From: Mobula hypostoma
Lineage: Eukaryota
Length of the DNA stretch: 64,000 nt
Reading direction: 5' to 3'
Assembly (NCBI RefSeq): GCF_963921235.1
Contig: NC_086109.1
Location: 7,318,001 to 7,382,000, forward strand
The notes under the pieces: generated by a model
What the model was told of the DNA's origin: nothing
Database searches by the model: none
What the model saw: only the letters and a program-made list of their open reading frames with translations
In this document: positions 40,801-53,720 of the stretch, piece by piece
Layout of the letters: each line of letters begins with the position of its first letter
Position numbering within the stretch: position 1 is the stretch's first letter
Position numbers and translations under genes: made by a program

Positions 40801-43800
40801 CAACTGTCTCCTAAACCTGTATAATCCACGAAGCTGTCCAACTGTCTCCTAAACCTGTATAATCCATGTAGCTGTCCAACTGTCTACTAAACCTGTATAA
40901 TCCACGTAGCTGTCCAACTGTCTCCTAAAGCTGTATAATCCACGTACCTGTTCAACTGTCTCCTAAACTTTTATAATCCACGTACCTGTCCAACTGTCTC
41001 CTAAACCTGTATAATCCACGTGCCTGTCGAACTGTCTCCTGAACCTGTATAATCACGTGCCTGTCCAATTGTCTCCTAAACCTTTATAATCCACGTTCGT
41101 GTCAAACTGTCTCCTAAACCTATATAATCCTCGTACCTGTCCAACTGTCTCCTAAACCTGTATAATCCACGTAGCTGTCCAACTGTCTCCTAAACCTGTA
41201 TAATCCACGTATCTGGTCAACTGTCTCCTAAACCTGTATAATCCACGTAGCTGTCCAACTGTCTCCTGAACCTGTATAATCCACGAAGCTGTCTAACTGT
41301 CTCCTAAACCTTTATAATCCATTTACCTGTCCAACTGTCTCCTAAACCTTTATAATCCACGTGCCTGTCCAACTGTCTCCTAAACCTTTATAATCCACGT
41401 GCCTGTCCAATTGTCTCCTAAACCTTTATAATCCACGTACGTGTCAAACTGTCTCCTAAACCTATATAATCCGCGTACCTGTCCAACTGTCTCCTAAACC
41501 TGTATAATCCACGTAGCTGTCCAACTGTCTCCTAAACCCGTATAATCCACGTACCTGTCCAACTATCTCCTAAACCGTTATAATCCACATACCTGTCCAA
41601 CTGTCTCCTAAACCTGTATAATCCACGTAGCTGTTCAACTGTCTACTAATCCTGTATAATCCAAGTACCTGTCCAACTGTCTCCTAAACCTGTATAATCC
41701 ACGAAGCTGTCCAACTGTCTCCTAAATCTGTATAATCCACGTACCTGTCCAACTATCTCCTAAACCGTTATAATCCACATACCTGTCCAACTGTCTCCTA
41801 AACCTGTATAATCCACGTAGCTGTCCAACTGTCTACTAAACCTGTATAATCCACGTAGCTGTCCAACTGTCTCCTAAACCTGTATAATCCAAGTACCTGT
41901 CCAACTGTCTCCTAAAGCTGTATAATCCACGAAGCTGTCCAACTGTCTCCTAAAACTTTATAATCCACGTACCTGTTCAACTGTCTCCTGAACCTTTATA
42001 ATCCACATGCCTGTCCAACTGTCTCCTAAACCTGTTTAATCCACGTGCCTGTCGAACTGTCTCCTAAACCTGTATAATCCACGTGCCTGTCCAATTGTCT
42101 CCTAAAACTTTATAATCCACGTTCGTGTCAAACTGTCTCCTAAACCTATATAATCATCGTACCTGTCCAACTGTCTCCTAAACCTGTTTAATCCACGTGC
42201 CTGTCGAACTGTCTCCTGAACCTGTATAATCCACGTGCCTGTCCAATTGTCTCCTAAACCTTTATAATCCACGTTCGTGTCCAACTGTCTCCCAAAACTT
42301 TATAATGCACGTACCTGTCCAACTGTCTCCTAAACCTTTATAATCCACGTAGCTGTCCAATTGTCTCCTAAACCTGTATAATCCACGTACCTGTCCAACT
42401 GTCTCCTAAACCTTTATAATCCACATAGCTGTCCAACTGTCTCCTAAACGCTTATAATCCATGGAGCTATCCAACTGTTTCCTAAACCCTTTTTAATCCA
42501 CGTACCTGTCCAACTGTCTCCAAAACCTGTATAATCCACGTACCTGTCCAACTGTCTTCTAAACCTTTATAATCCACGTACCTGTCCAACTGTCTCCTAA
42601 ACCTGTATAATCCACGTACCTGTCCAACTGTCTCCTAAACCTGTATAATCCGCGTGACTGTCCAACTGTCTCCTAAACCTGTATAATCCGCGTACCTGTC
42701 CAACTGTCTTCTAAACCTTTATAATCCACGTACCTGTCCAACTGTCTCCTAAACCTGTATAATCCACGTACCTGTCCAACTGTCTCCTAAACCTTTATAA
42801 TCCGCGTGACTGTCCAACTGTCTCCTAAACCTGTATAATCCGCGTACCTGTCCAACTGTCTCCTAACACTGTATAATCCACGTAGCTGTCCAACTGTCTC
42901 CTAAACCTTTATAATCCACGTACCAGTCCAACTGTCTCCTAAACCTTTATAATCCACGTACCTGTCCAACTGTCTACAAAACCTGTTTAATCCACGTACC
43001 TGGCCAACTGTATCCTAAACCTTTATAATCTACGTGCCTCTCCAACTGTCTCCTAAACCTTAATAATCCACGCAGCTGTCCAACTGTCTCCTAAACCTGA
43101 ATAATCCACGTACCTGTCCAACTGTCTGCAAAACCTGTTTAATCCACGTACCTGGCCAACTGTATCCTAAACCTTTATAATCCACGTACCTCTCCAACTG
43201 TCTCCTAAACCTTAATAATCCAGGAAGCTGTCCAACTGTCTCCTAAACCTGTATAATCCACGTACCTCTCCAACTGTCTCCTAAACCTTTGTAATCCACG
43301 TGCCTGTCCAATTGTCTCCTAAACCTTTATAATCCACGTACCTGTCCAACTGTTTCCTAAACCTGTATAATCCACGTACCTGTCCAACTGTCTCCTAAAC
43401 CTGAATAATCCGCGTGCCTGTCCAACTGTCTCCTAAACCTTTATAATCCACGAAGCTGTCCAACTGTCTCCTAAACCGTTATAATCCACGTAACTGTCCA
43501 ACTGTTCCCTAAACCTTTATAATCCACAAACCTGTCCAACTGTCTCCTAAACCTGTATAATTCGCGTGCCTGTCCAACTGTCTCCTAAACCTGTATAATC
43601 CACGTACCTGGCCAACTGTCTCCTAAACCTGTATAATCCACGTACCTGGTCAACTGTCTCCTTAACCGTTATAATCCACGTGCCTGTCCAACTGTCTCCT
43701 AAACCTTTATAATCCACGAAGCTGTCCAACTGTCTCCTAAACCTTTATAATCCACGTGCCTGTCCAACTGTCTCCTAAACCTTTATAATCCACGTACCTG

Positions 43801-46800
43801 TCCAACTGTCTCCTAAACCTGTATAATCCACGAAGCTGTCCAACTGTCTCCTAAACCTGTATAATCCATGTAGCTGTCCAACTGTCTACTAAACCTGTAT
43901 AATCCACGTAGCTGTCCAACTGTCTCCTAAAGCTGTATAATCCACGTACCTGTTCAACTGTCTCCTAAACCTTTATAATCCACGTACCTGTCCAACTGTC
44001 TCCTAAACCTGTATAATCCACGTGCCTGTCGAACTGTCTCCTGAACCTGTATAATCACGTGCCTGTCCAATTGTCTCCTAAACCTTTATAATCCACGTTC
44101 GTGTCAAACTGTCTCCTAAACCTATATAATCCTCGTACCTGTCCAACTGTCTCCTAAACCTGTATAATCCACGTAGCTGTCCAACTGTCTCCTAAACCTG
44201 TATAATCCACGTATCTGGTCAACTGTCTCCTAAACCTGTATAATCCACGTAGCTGTCCAACTGTCTCCTGAACCTGTATAATCCACGAAGCTGTCTAACT
44301 GTCTCCTAAACCTTTATAATCCATTTACCTGTCCAACTGTCTCCTAAACCTTTATAATCCACGTGCCTGTCCAACTGTCTCCTAAACCTGTTTAATCCAC
44401 GTACCTTTCCAACTGTCTCCCAAACCTGTATAATTCACGTACCTGTCGAACTGTCTGCTAAACCTGTATAATCCACGTGCCTGTCGAACTGTCTCCTGAA
44501 CCTGTATAATCCACGTGCCTGTCCAATTGTCTCCTAACCCTTTATAATGCACGTACCTGTTCACCTGTCTCCTGAACCTGTATAATCCCCGAAGCTGTCT
44601 AACTGTCTCCTAAACCTTTATAATGCACGTACCTGTCCAACTGTCTCCTAAACCTTTATAATCCACGTAGCTGTCCAATTGTCTCCTAAACCTGTATAAT
44701 CCACGTACCTGTCCAACTGTCTCCTAAACCTTTATAATCCACATAGCTGTCCAACTGTCTCCTAAACGGTTATAATCCATGGAGCTGTCCAACTGTTTCC
44801 TAAACCTTTTTTAATCCACGTACCTGTCCAACTGTCTCCAAAACCTGTATAATCCACGTACCTGTCCAACTGTCTTCTAAACCTTTATAATCCACGTACC
44901 TGTCCAACTGTCTCCTAAACCTGTATAATCCACGTACCAGTCCAACTGTCTCCTAAACCTGTATAATCCGTGTGACTGTCCAACTGTCTCCTAAACCTGT
45001 ATAATCCGCGTACCTGTCCAACTGTCTTCTAAACCTTTATAATCCACGTACCTGTCCAACTGTCTCCTAAACCTCTATAATCCACGTAACTGTCCACTGT
45101 ACCCTAAACCTGTATAATCCACGTACCTGTCCAACTGTCTCCTAAACCTTTATAATCCGCGTGACTGTCCAACTGTCTCCTAAACCTGTATAATCCACGT
45201 ACCTGTCCAACTGTCTCCTAAACCTTTATAATCCACGTACCTGTCCAACTGTCTCCTAAACCTTTATAATCCGCGTGACTGTCCAACTGTCTCCGAAACC
45301 TGTATAAACCGCGTGCCTGTCCAATTGTCTCCTAAACCTGTATAATCCACGTACCTCTCCAACTGTCTCCTAAACCTTTATATCCACGTACCTCTCCAAC
45401 TGTGTCCTAAACCTTTATAATCCACGTACCTGGCCAACTGTCTCCTAAACCTGTATAATCCGCGTACCTGGCCAACTGTCTCCTAACCCTGTATAATCCA
45501 CGTACCTGGCCAACTGTATCCTAAACCTGTATAATCCACGTACCTGTCCAACTGTCTCCTAAACCTTTATAATACACATAGCTGTCCAACTGTCTCCTAA
45601 ACCTTTATAATCCACGTACCTGTCCAACTGTCTACAAAACCTGTATAATCCACGTACCTGGCCAACTGTATCCTAAACCTTTATAATTCACGTACCTCTC
45701 CAACTGTCCCCTAAACCTTTATAATCCACGTGCCTCTCCAACTGTCTCCTTAACCTGTATAATCCGCGTACCTGTCCAACTGTCTCCTAAACCTGTATAA
45801 TCCAGGTACCTGTCTAACTGTCTCCTAAACCTGTATAATCCACGTAACTGTCTAACTATCTCCTAAACCTTTATAATCCACGAAGCTGTCCAACTGTCTC
45901 CTAAACCTGTATAATCCACGTACCTGTCCAACTGTCTCCTAAACCTTTATAATCCACGTACCTGTCCAACTGTCTCGTAAACCTGTATAATCCACGTAAC
46001 TGTCCAACTGTCTCCTAAACCTGTATAATCCATGTAGCTGTCCAACTGTCTACTAAACCTGTATAATCCACGTAGCTGTCCAACTGTCTCCTAAAGCTGT
46101 ATAATCCACGTACCTGTTCAACTGTCTCCTAAACCTTTATAATCCACGTACCTGTCCAACTGTCTCCTAAACCTGTATAATCCACGTGCCTGTCGAACTG
46201 TCTCCTGAACCTGTATAATCACGTGCCTGTCCAATTGTCTCCTAAACCTTTATAATCCACGTTCGTGTCAAACTGTCTCCTAAACCTATATAATCCTCGT
46301 ACCTGTCCAACTGTCTCCTAAACCTGTATAATCCACGTAGCTGTCCAACTGTCTCCTAAACCTGTATAATCCACGTATCTGGTCAACTGTCTCCTAAACC
46401 TGTATAATCCACGTAGCTGTCCAACTGTCTCCTGAACCTGTATAATCCACGAAGCTGTCTAACTGTCTCCTAAACCTTTATAATCCATTTACCTGTCCAA
46501 CTGTCTCCTAAACCTTTATAATCCACGTGCCTGTCCAACTGTCTCCTAAACCTGTTTAATCCACGTACCTTTCCAACTGTCTCCCAAACCTGTATAATTC
46601 ACGTACCTGTCGAACTGTCTGCTAAACCTGTATAATCCACGTGCCTGTCGAACTGTCTCCTGAACCTGTATAATCCACGTGCCTGTCCAATTGTCTCCTA
46701 ACCCTTTATAATGCACGTACCTGTTCACCTGTCTCCTGAACCTGTATAATCCCCGAAGCTGTCTAACTGTCTCCTAAACCTTTATAATGCACGTACCTGT

Positions 46801-49800
46801 CCAACTGTCTCCTAAACCTTTATAATCCACGTAGCTGTCCAATTGTCTCCTAAACCTGTATAATCCACGTACCTGTCCAACTGTCTCCTAAACCTTTATA
46901 ATCCACATAGCTGTCCAACTGTCTCCTAAACGGTTATAATCCATGGAGCTGTCCAACTGTTTCCTAAACCTTTTTTAATCCACGTACCTGTCCAACTGTC
47001 TCCAAAACCTGTATAATCCACGTACCTGTCCAACTGTCTTCTAAACCTTTATAATCCACGTACCTGTCCAACTGTCTCCTAAACCTGTATAATCCACGTA
47101 CCAGTCCAACTGTCTCCTAAACCTGTATAATCCGTGTGACTGTCCAACTGTCTCCTAAACCTGTATAATCCGCGTACCTGTCCAACTGTCTTCTAAACCT
47201 TTATAATCCACGTACCTGTCCAACTGTCTCCTAAACCTCTATAATCCACGTAACTGTCCACTGTACCCTAAACCTGTATAATCCACGTACCTGTCCAACT
47301 GTCTCCTAAACCTTTATAATCCGCGTGACTGTCCAACTGTCTCCTAAACCTGTATAATCCACGTACCTGTCCAACTGTCTCCTAAACCTTTATAATCCAC
47401 GTACCTGTCCAACTGTCTCCTAAACCTTTATAATCCGCGTGACTGTCCAACTGTCTCCGAAACCTGTATAAACCGCGTGCCTGTCCAATTGTCTCCTAAA
47501 CCTGTATAATCCACGTACCTCTCCAACTGTCTCCTAAACCTTTATATCCACGTACCTCTCCAACTGTGTCCTAAACCTTTATAATCCACGTACCTGGCCA
47601 ACTGTCTCCTAAACCTGTATAATCCGCGTACCTGGCCAACTGTCTCCTAACCCTGTATAATCCACGTACCTGGCCAACTGTATCCTAAACCTGTATAATC
47701 CACGTACCTGTCCAACTGTCTCCTAAACCTTTATAATACACATAGCTGTCCAACTGTCTCCTAAACCTTTATAATCCACGTACCTGTCCAACTGTCTACA
47801 AAACCTGTATAATCCACGTACCTGGCCAACTGTATCCTAAACCTTTATAATTCACGTACCTCTCCAACTGTCCCCTAAACCTTTATAATCCACGTGCCTC
47901 TCCAACTGTCTCCTTAACCTGTATAATCCGCGTACCTGTCCAACTGTCTCCTAAACCTGTATAATCCAGGTACCTGTCTAACTGTCTCCTAAACCTGTAT
48001 AATCCACGTAACTGTCTAACTATCTCCTAAACCTTTATAATCCACGAAGCTGTCCAACTGTCTCCTAAACCTGTATAATCCACGTACCTGTCCAACTGTC
48101 TCCTAAACCTTTATAATCCACGTACCTGTCCAACTGTCTCGTAAACCTGTATAATCCACGTAACTGTCCAACTGTCTCCTAAACCTTTATAATCCACGAA
48201 GCTGTCCAACTGTCTCCTAAACCGTTATAATCTATGTAGCTGTCCAACTGTCTCCTAAACCGTTATAATCCACGTAACTGTCCAACTGTCCCCTAAACCT
48301 TTATAATCCACGTACCTGTCCAACTGTCTCCTAAACCTGTATAATCCACGTGCCTGTCCAACTGTCTCCTAAACCTGTATAATCCACGTACCTGTCCAAC
48401 TGTCTCCTAAACTTGTATAATCCACGTACCTGGCCAAATGTCTCCTAAACCTGTATAATCCACGTACCTGGTCAACTGTCTCCTTAACCGTTATAATCCA
48501 CGTGCCTGTCCAACTGTCTCCTAAACCGTTATAATCCACGTAACTGTCCAACTGTCCCCTAAACCTGTATAATCCACGTGCCTGTCCAACTGTCTCCTAA
48601 ACCTGTATAATCCACGTACCTGTCCAACTGTCTCCTAAACCTGTATAATCCACGTACCTGGCCAACTGTCTCCTAAACCTTTATAATCCACGAAGCTGTC
48701 CAACTGTCTCCTAAACCGTTATAATCCACGTAACTGTCCAACTGTCTCCTAAACCTGTATAATCCAGGTACCTGTCTAACTGTCTCCTAAACCTGTATAA
48801 TTCACGTAACTGTCCAACTGTCTCCTAAACCTTTATAATCCACGAAGCTGTCCAACTGTCTCCTAAACCGTTATAATCTATGTAGCTGTCCAACTGTCTC
48901 CTAAACCGTTATAATCCACGTAACTGTCCAACTGTCCCCTAAACCTTTATAATCCACGTACCTGTCCAACTGTCTCCTAAACCTGTATAATCCGCGTGCC
49001 TGTCCAATTGTCTCCTAAACCTGTATAATCCATGTACCTGTCCAACTGTCTCTTAAACCTTTATAATCCACGTAACTGTCCAACTGTCTCCTAAACCTGT
49101 ATAATCCACATACCTGTCCAACTGTTTCCTAAACCTGTATAATCCACGTACCTGTCCAACTGTCTCCTAAACCTGTATAATCCACCTACCTGGCCAACTG
49201 TCTCCTAAACCTGTATAATCCACGTACCTGTCTAACTGTCTCCTAAACCTGTATAATCCACGTACCTGTCCAACTGTCTCCTAAACGGTTATAATCCACG
49301 AAGCTGTCCAACTGTCTCCTAAACCGTTATAATCTACATAGCTGTCCAACTGTCTCCTAAACCGTTATAATCCACGTACCTGTCCAACTGTCTCCTAAAC
49401 CTGTATAATCCACGTACCTGTCCAACTGTCTCCTAAACCTGTATAATCCACGTACCTGGTCAACTGTCTCCTAAACCTGTATAATCCACGTACCTGTCCA
49501 ACTGTCTCCTAAACCTGTATAATCCACGTACCTGGTCAACTGTCTCCTAAACCGTTATAATCCACGTACCTGTCCAACTGTCTCCTAAACCTTTATAATC
49601 CACGTACCTGTCCAACTGTCTCCTAAACCTTAATAATCCACGAAGCTGTCCAACTGTCTCCTAAACCGTTATAATCTACGTAGCTGTCCAACTGTCTCCT
49701 AAACCTGTATAATCCACGTGCCTGTCCAATTGTCTCCTAAACCTTTATAATCCACGTACCTGTCCAACTGTTTCCTAAACCTGTATAATCCACGTACCTG

Positions 49801-50198
49801 TCCAACTGTCTCCTAAACCTGTATAATCCACGTACCTGGCCAACTGTCTCCTAAACCTGTATAATCCAGGTACCTGTCTAACTGTCTCCTAAACCTTTAT
49901 AATCCACGTACCTGTCCAACTGTCTCCTAAACCTTTATAATCCACGAAGCTGTCCAACTGTCTCCTAAACCGTTATAATCCACGTAACTGTCCAATTGTC
50001 TCCTAAACCTGTATAATCCGCGTGCCTGTCCAATTGTCTCCTAAACCTGTATAATCCGCGTGCCTGTCCAACTGTCTCCTAAACCTGTATAATCCACCTA
50101 CCTGGCCAACTGTCTCCTAAACCTGTATAATCCGCGTGCCTGTCCAACTGTCTCCTAAACCTTTATAATCCACGTAGCTGTCCAACTGTCTTCTAAAC
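19835..50198. repeat. 38-bp tandem satellite, ~800 copies, with higher-order repeats
   Basis: Consensus cctaaacc(t)(g/t)tataatccacgtacctgtccaactgtct repeated without spacers; 30364 bp / 38 is about 799. Confidence 0.99.
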
Positions 50199-50376
50199 AC
50201 AAGAGATTCTGCAGATTCTGGAATCCAGAGCAACACACACAAAATGCTGGAAGAACTCAGCAGATCATGCAGTATCTGTGGAAAGGAAAGAAATGCCAAT
50301 GAAGGGTCTTGGTCCGCAATGTTGACTGTCTATTCCCTCTGTGGATGCTGCCTGATCTGCTGAGTCTTCCAACATT
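50195..50376. mobile_element. Short fold-back Penelope-like terminal-repeat fragment
   Basis: Inverted arms aatgctggaagaactcagcagatca / tgatctgctgagtcttccaacatt with a degenerate hammerhead-like core between them. Confidence 0.7.
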
Positions 50377-50470
50377 CCAGCTGCCTTTTCAGTCGTTATT
50401 GTCCCTGTCTCACTCACCTTCTCTGGCAGATCATTCCACATGGATACCAGCTTTTGTGAAATATTTTGAA
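50376..50470 (-). mobile_element. CR1 LINE ORF2 segment upstream of the satellite-forming motif
   Basis: Minus strand QKLVSMWNDLPEKVSETGTITT, homologous to QRVVGVWNELPDEVVNAGSFLTFK of the CR1 at 2155-2478. Confidence 0.75.
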
Positions 50471-50475
50471 ACACA

Positions 50476-50553
50476 GTACCTGACTTCCTCCTACATTCCA
50501 AGGGCATGCTGTTGGTAGGTTAAATTGGCTCTGCAAATGACCACTTTGTGTAG
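50476..50553 (+). mobile_element. V-SINE (HE1-like), 3' part
   Basis: ttcctcctacattccaaggg...ttggtaggttaaattggc is the sequence that normally follows the gggtttcctc motif seen at 19720. Confidence 0.55.
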
Positions 50554-51484
50554 GCTAAACACAAAAAGGTAGGGTCATTGAGTTATAGAGAAAGGCAGCA
50601 TGGAAACAGGCCTATCCCCAGGGTAGGGGAATTCAAAGTTAAGGGGACAGGGGTAAGATTTAAAAGGGACAATTCTTTTATGCAGAGGAGCCATCAGAGG
50701 AAGTAGGTGAGGTAGAGTTAATAGCCTTTCATAATGTTAAATACCTCTTCAGGTCACCCCTCATTCTCCTGTGTTGAATAAATAAAGGGCTAACCCAGCC
50801 AACCTCTCCATATAACTCAGGCATAGTTGTTGGCCACTGTGAGAGAGGTTAAGTTGCAATGGAGTTGATATTGGTTTATTATTGTCACATGTATTAAGAT
50901 CCCACGAAAAACCTGTTTTGCAAACTGTTTATACAGATCAAATCATTGCACAGTGCACTGAGCTGGAATAAGGTAAAACATTGACACGCAGAATACAGTG
51001 CACAAGCTTCTGGAAAAGTGTGAGGTAGATTATGAGGTCAAGAATCAATCTCATTGTAGAAGAGGTCTGTTCAAGAGTTACAGCAGGATAGAAGCTATCC
51101 TTGAGCCAGGCTTTCAGGCTTTTCTGTCTTCTGCCTGATGGGAGAGGGGCGTATGGGGTCTGCGATTATGCCGGCTGCTTTAATGAGGCAGCAAGAAGTG
51201 TAGCGAGAGTCCACTGAGTTTCCCTGAAGCATGTCCACAACTCTCTACAGTTTCCTGGGCTGATCCGTTATAACAGTGAAACAGGATGAGGGGGAGATGA
51301 ATGGGTCTGGTTCTCAGCAGCTGGCCTAGACCCAAAGGACTGAATGGCCTGTTTCTGTATCATTCTAAGGTACTCGCTCTCACTGAAGATTTTTAAAAAT
51401 CATTTTGGAGAGTTTTCTCTGTGCAGTCTTGCCTATATACAAGATTAATAGTTCACAAATTGGCCGGAGAAGCCATCGTTGTCC

Positions 51485-51915
51485 TTAGTTACTTACTTCC
51501 TGCCCGATACACCGCCGGTTTCTAGGGCAGCAATAAAGATCCTCCATCTCTGGAGGCGCTCACGGCTTCCTTCATCATGTCAGTAGCTTCCTCTCGGTTT
51601 CCACTACTGTCAGTCACACAAGTCCCAGGTGGAGACTCAGGAATACCGTCACACTCAGATGTAGAAGCATTCTTCATTGCTGTTTCCGTAACAGTTTTGT
51701 TTGACCAGTCAGGGTTGTTAGCCCAGAGCTGAAGCCCCCGGACCTGGAGGTTCGGCTGACCAGCTCTTCGTCTGGCCTCTACCCTTTGACCTGTTTGGCC
51801 TGGGTGACCCTACCAAGAGCCAAAGCGTAAAGCCCTGACCACAGCCAGCATAGCTCTCCGGGTCACTGAGGCAAACATGCCTCCAAACCCTACGACCAGG
51901 TTCTGGTCCTCTTGA
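51485..51915 (-). mobile_element. Non-autonomous RTE-derived element
   Basis: (taag)n tail on the minus strand (ttacttactt), RTE 5'-UTR-like ggtgaccctaccaagagc...ccagcatagctctccgggtcactgaggc, no ORF. Confidence 0.6.
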
Positions 51916-52589
51916 TGGATCATTGTTCATAAGGCCTGATAAACTTGACCAGACATTGAAATGATTAAACAACTATTTTCAAGATTCAAAGATCCAAAGT
52001 ACATTTATTATCAAAGTATGTATGCAGTATACAACCCTGAAATTCGTCTTCCCACAGACAGCCACAAAACAAAGAAAACCATGGAACCCGTTCAATGTAA
52101 AACATCAAACCCCCAACGCACAAAAAAGAAGAACAAACCACACAAAGGGAAAAATATGAGCAAAAACACTGAATATAAAACATCAAAGCCTAAAGTAATT
52201 GAAAGCAGTCTTAGATTTTGTCCCTTGTTGGCAACCAGTACAGATGAACCAGAGCTAAGAAACTAATAGAAGCAGATGTTAAGTATCAGTTCTCTGTTTC
52301 ATCAACGTTCTGTTGTGGGGGTCGGGGGGGGCGGGGAGCTGAAAATGAATGCTGGTTGAAATTCGAACACGTTGTACTGTGCCAGTTCTGCATCAGAATC
52401 ATAGTATAGAGGGATACGGCACAGAAATAAGCTTTTCACCCCACGTCCGTTCCTGCTATCCACAGCATCCGGACATTGGCTAGGGATGCCTCAGTGCCTA
52501 CAATGTCTCCAGCCCAAGTACCGACTTCACAAAGCAGCCCAGACCCTTCCGACCCCTGATGAGGGGAAGAGAACCAGACAGTGCCAGAA

Positions 52590-53398
52590 ATACTTTATAC
52601 TTTATTGTCGTCAAACAATTGATACTAGAACGTACAATCATCATTCTGCGCTTACCGCTCCCTGGAGTACAAATCGATAGTAGATATTAAAAATCTAAAT
52701 TATAAATCATAAATAGAAAATAGAAAATGGAAAGTAAGGTAGTGCAAAAAAACCGAGAGGCAGGTCCGGATATTTGGAGGGTACGGCCCAGATCCGGGTC
52801 AGGATCCGTTCAGCAGTCTTATCACAGTTGGAAAGAAGCTGTTCCCAAATCTGTCCATACGAGTCTTCAAGCTCCTGAGCCTTCTCCCAGAGGGAAGAGG
52901 GACGAAAAGTGTTGGTTGGGTGGGTCGTGTCCTTAATGATCCTGGCAGCACTGCTCCGACAGCGTGCGGTGTAAAGTGAGTCCATGGACAGAAGATTGGT
53001 TTGTGTGATGTGCTGCGCTGTGTTCACGATCTTCTGCAGCTTCTTCCGGTCTTGGACAGGACAACTTCCATACCAGGTTGTGATGCACCCTAGAAGAATG
53101 CTTTCTACGGTGCATCTATAAAAATTAGTGAGGGTTTTAGGGGACAGGTCAAATTTCTTTAGTTTTCTCGGGAACTAAAGGCGCTGGTGGGCCTTCTTGG
53201 CAGTGGACTCTGCTTGGTTGGTCCAAGTCAGGTCATTTGTGATATTGACCCCGAGGAACTTAAAGCTTTTGACCTGTTCTACTTGCGCACCACCGATATA
53301 AATTGGGTCGTGCGGTCCACTACTCCTTCTGAAGTCAACAACCAATTCCTTCGTCTTGCTGACGTTGAGGGATAGGTTATTGTCTTCGCATCCATGCC
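52590..53398 (-). mobile_element. Rex1/Babar-like LINE 3' fragment
   Basis: NTAQHITQTNLLSMDSLYTARCRSSAARIIKDTTHP and an upstream CITTWYGSC-type motif. Confidence 0.7.
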
Positions 53399-53401
53399 AC
53401 C

Positions 53402-53720
53402 AGATTTGATAGAAGTGTACAAAATTACAAAATTAGGAGGGATATAATTAAGGTGAATGCATGCAAGCTTTTTCCACTGAGTTTGGGTGAGACTAGAACT
53501 ACAGGTCAGAAGTTAAGGGTGAAAGGTGAGATGTTTTAAGGGGAGCCTGAGGGGGATCTTCTTCACTCAGGGGGTGTTGTGAACAAGCTGCCAGTGCAGT
53601 GGTGGATGTGGATTTGACTGCGGAAATTAGAGAAGTTTGGAAGAGTACGCGGATGGGAGGGGTATGGGGCGCTGGTGTGGGTTGCTGGGACTAGGCAAGT
53701 TAATAGATTGGCACAGGATA
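53402..53720 (+). mobile_element. CR1 LINE 3' fragment
   Basis: gatttgatagaagtgtacaaaatt...ttaagggtgaaaggtga...ttcttcactcag, homologous to 2180-2480. Confidence 0.75.

Noticed and set aside
19835..50198. CRISPR array
   Set aside because: Monomers are directly adjacent with no unique spacers, there are no cas genes, and the context is a spliced vertebrate gene.
19768..50299. Many 60-98 aa minus-strand ORFs (MDRYVDYKGLGDSW...)
   Set aside because: By-products of a 38-bp unit cycling through frames; most begin at TTG rather than ATG and a TAG recurs every few monomers.
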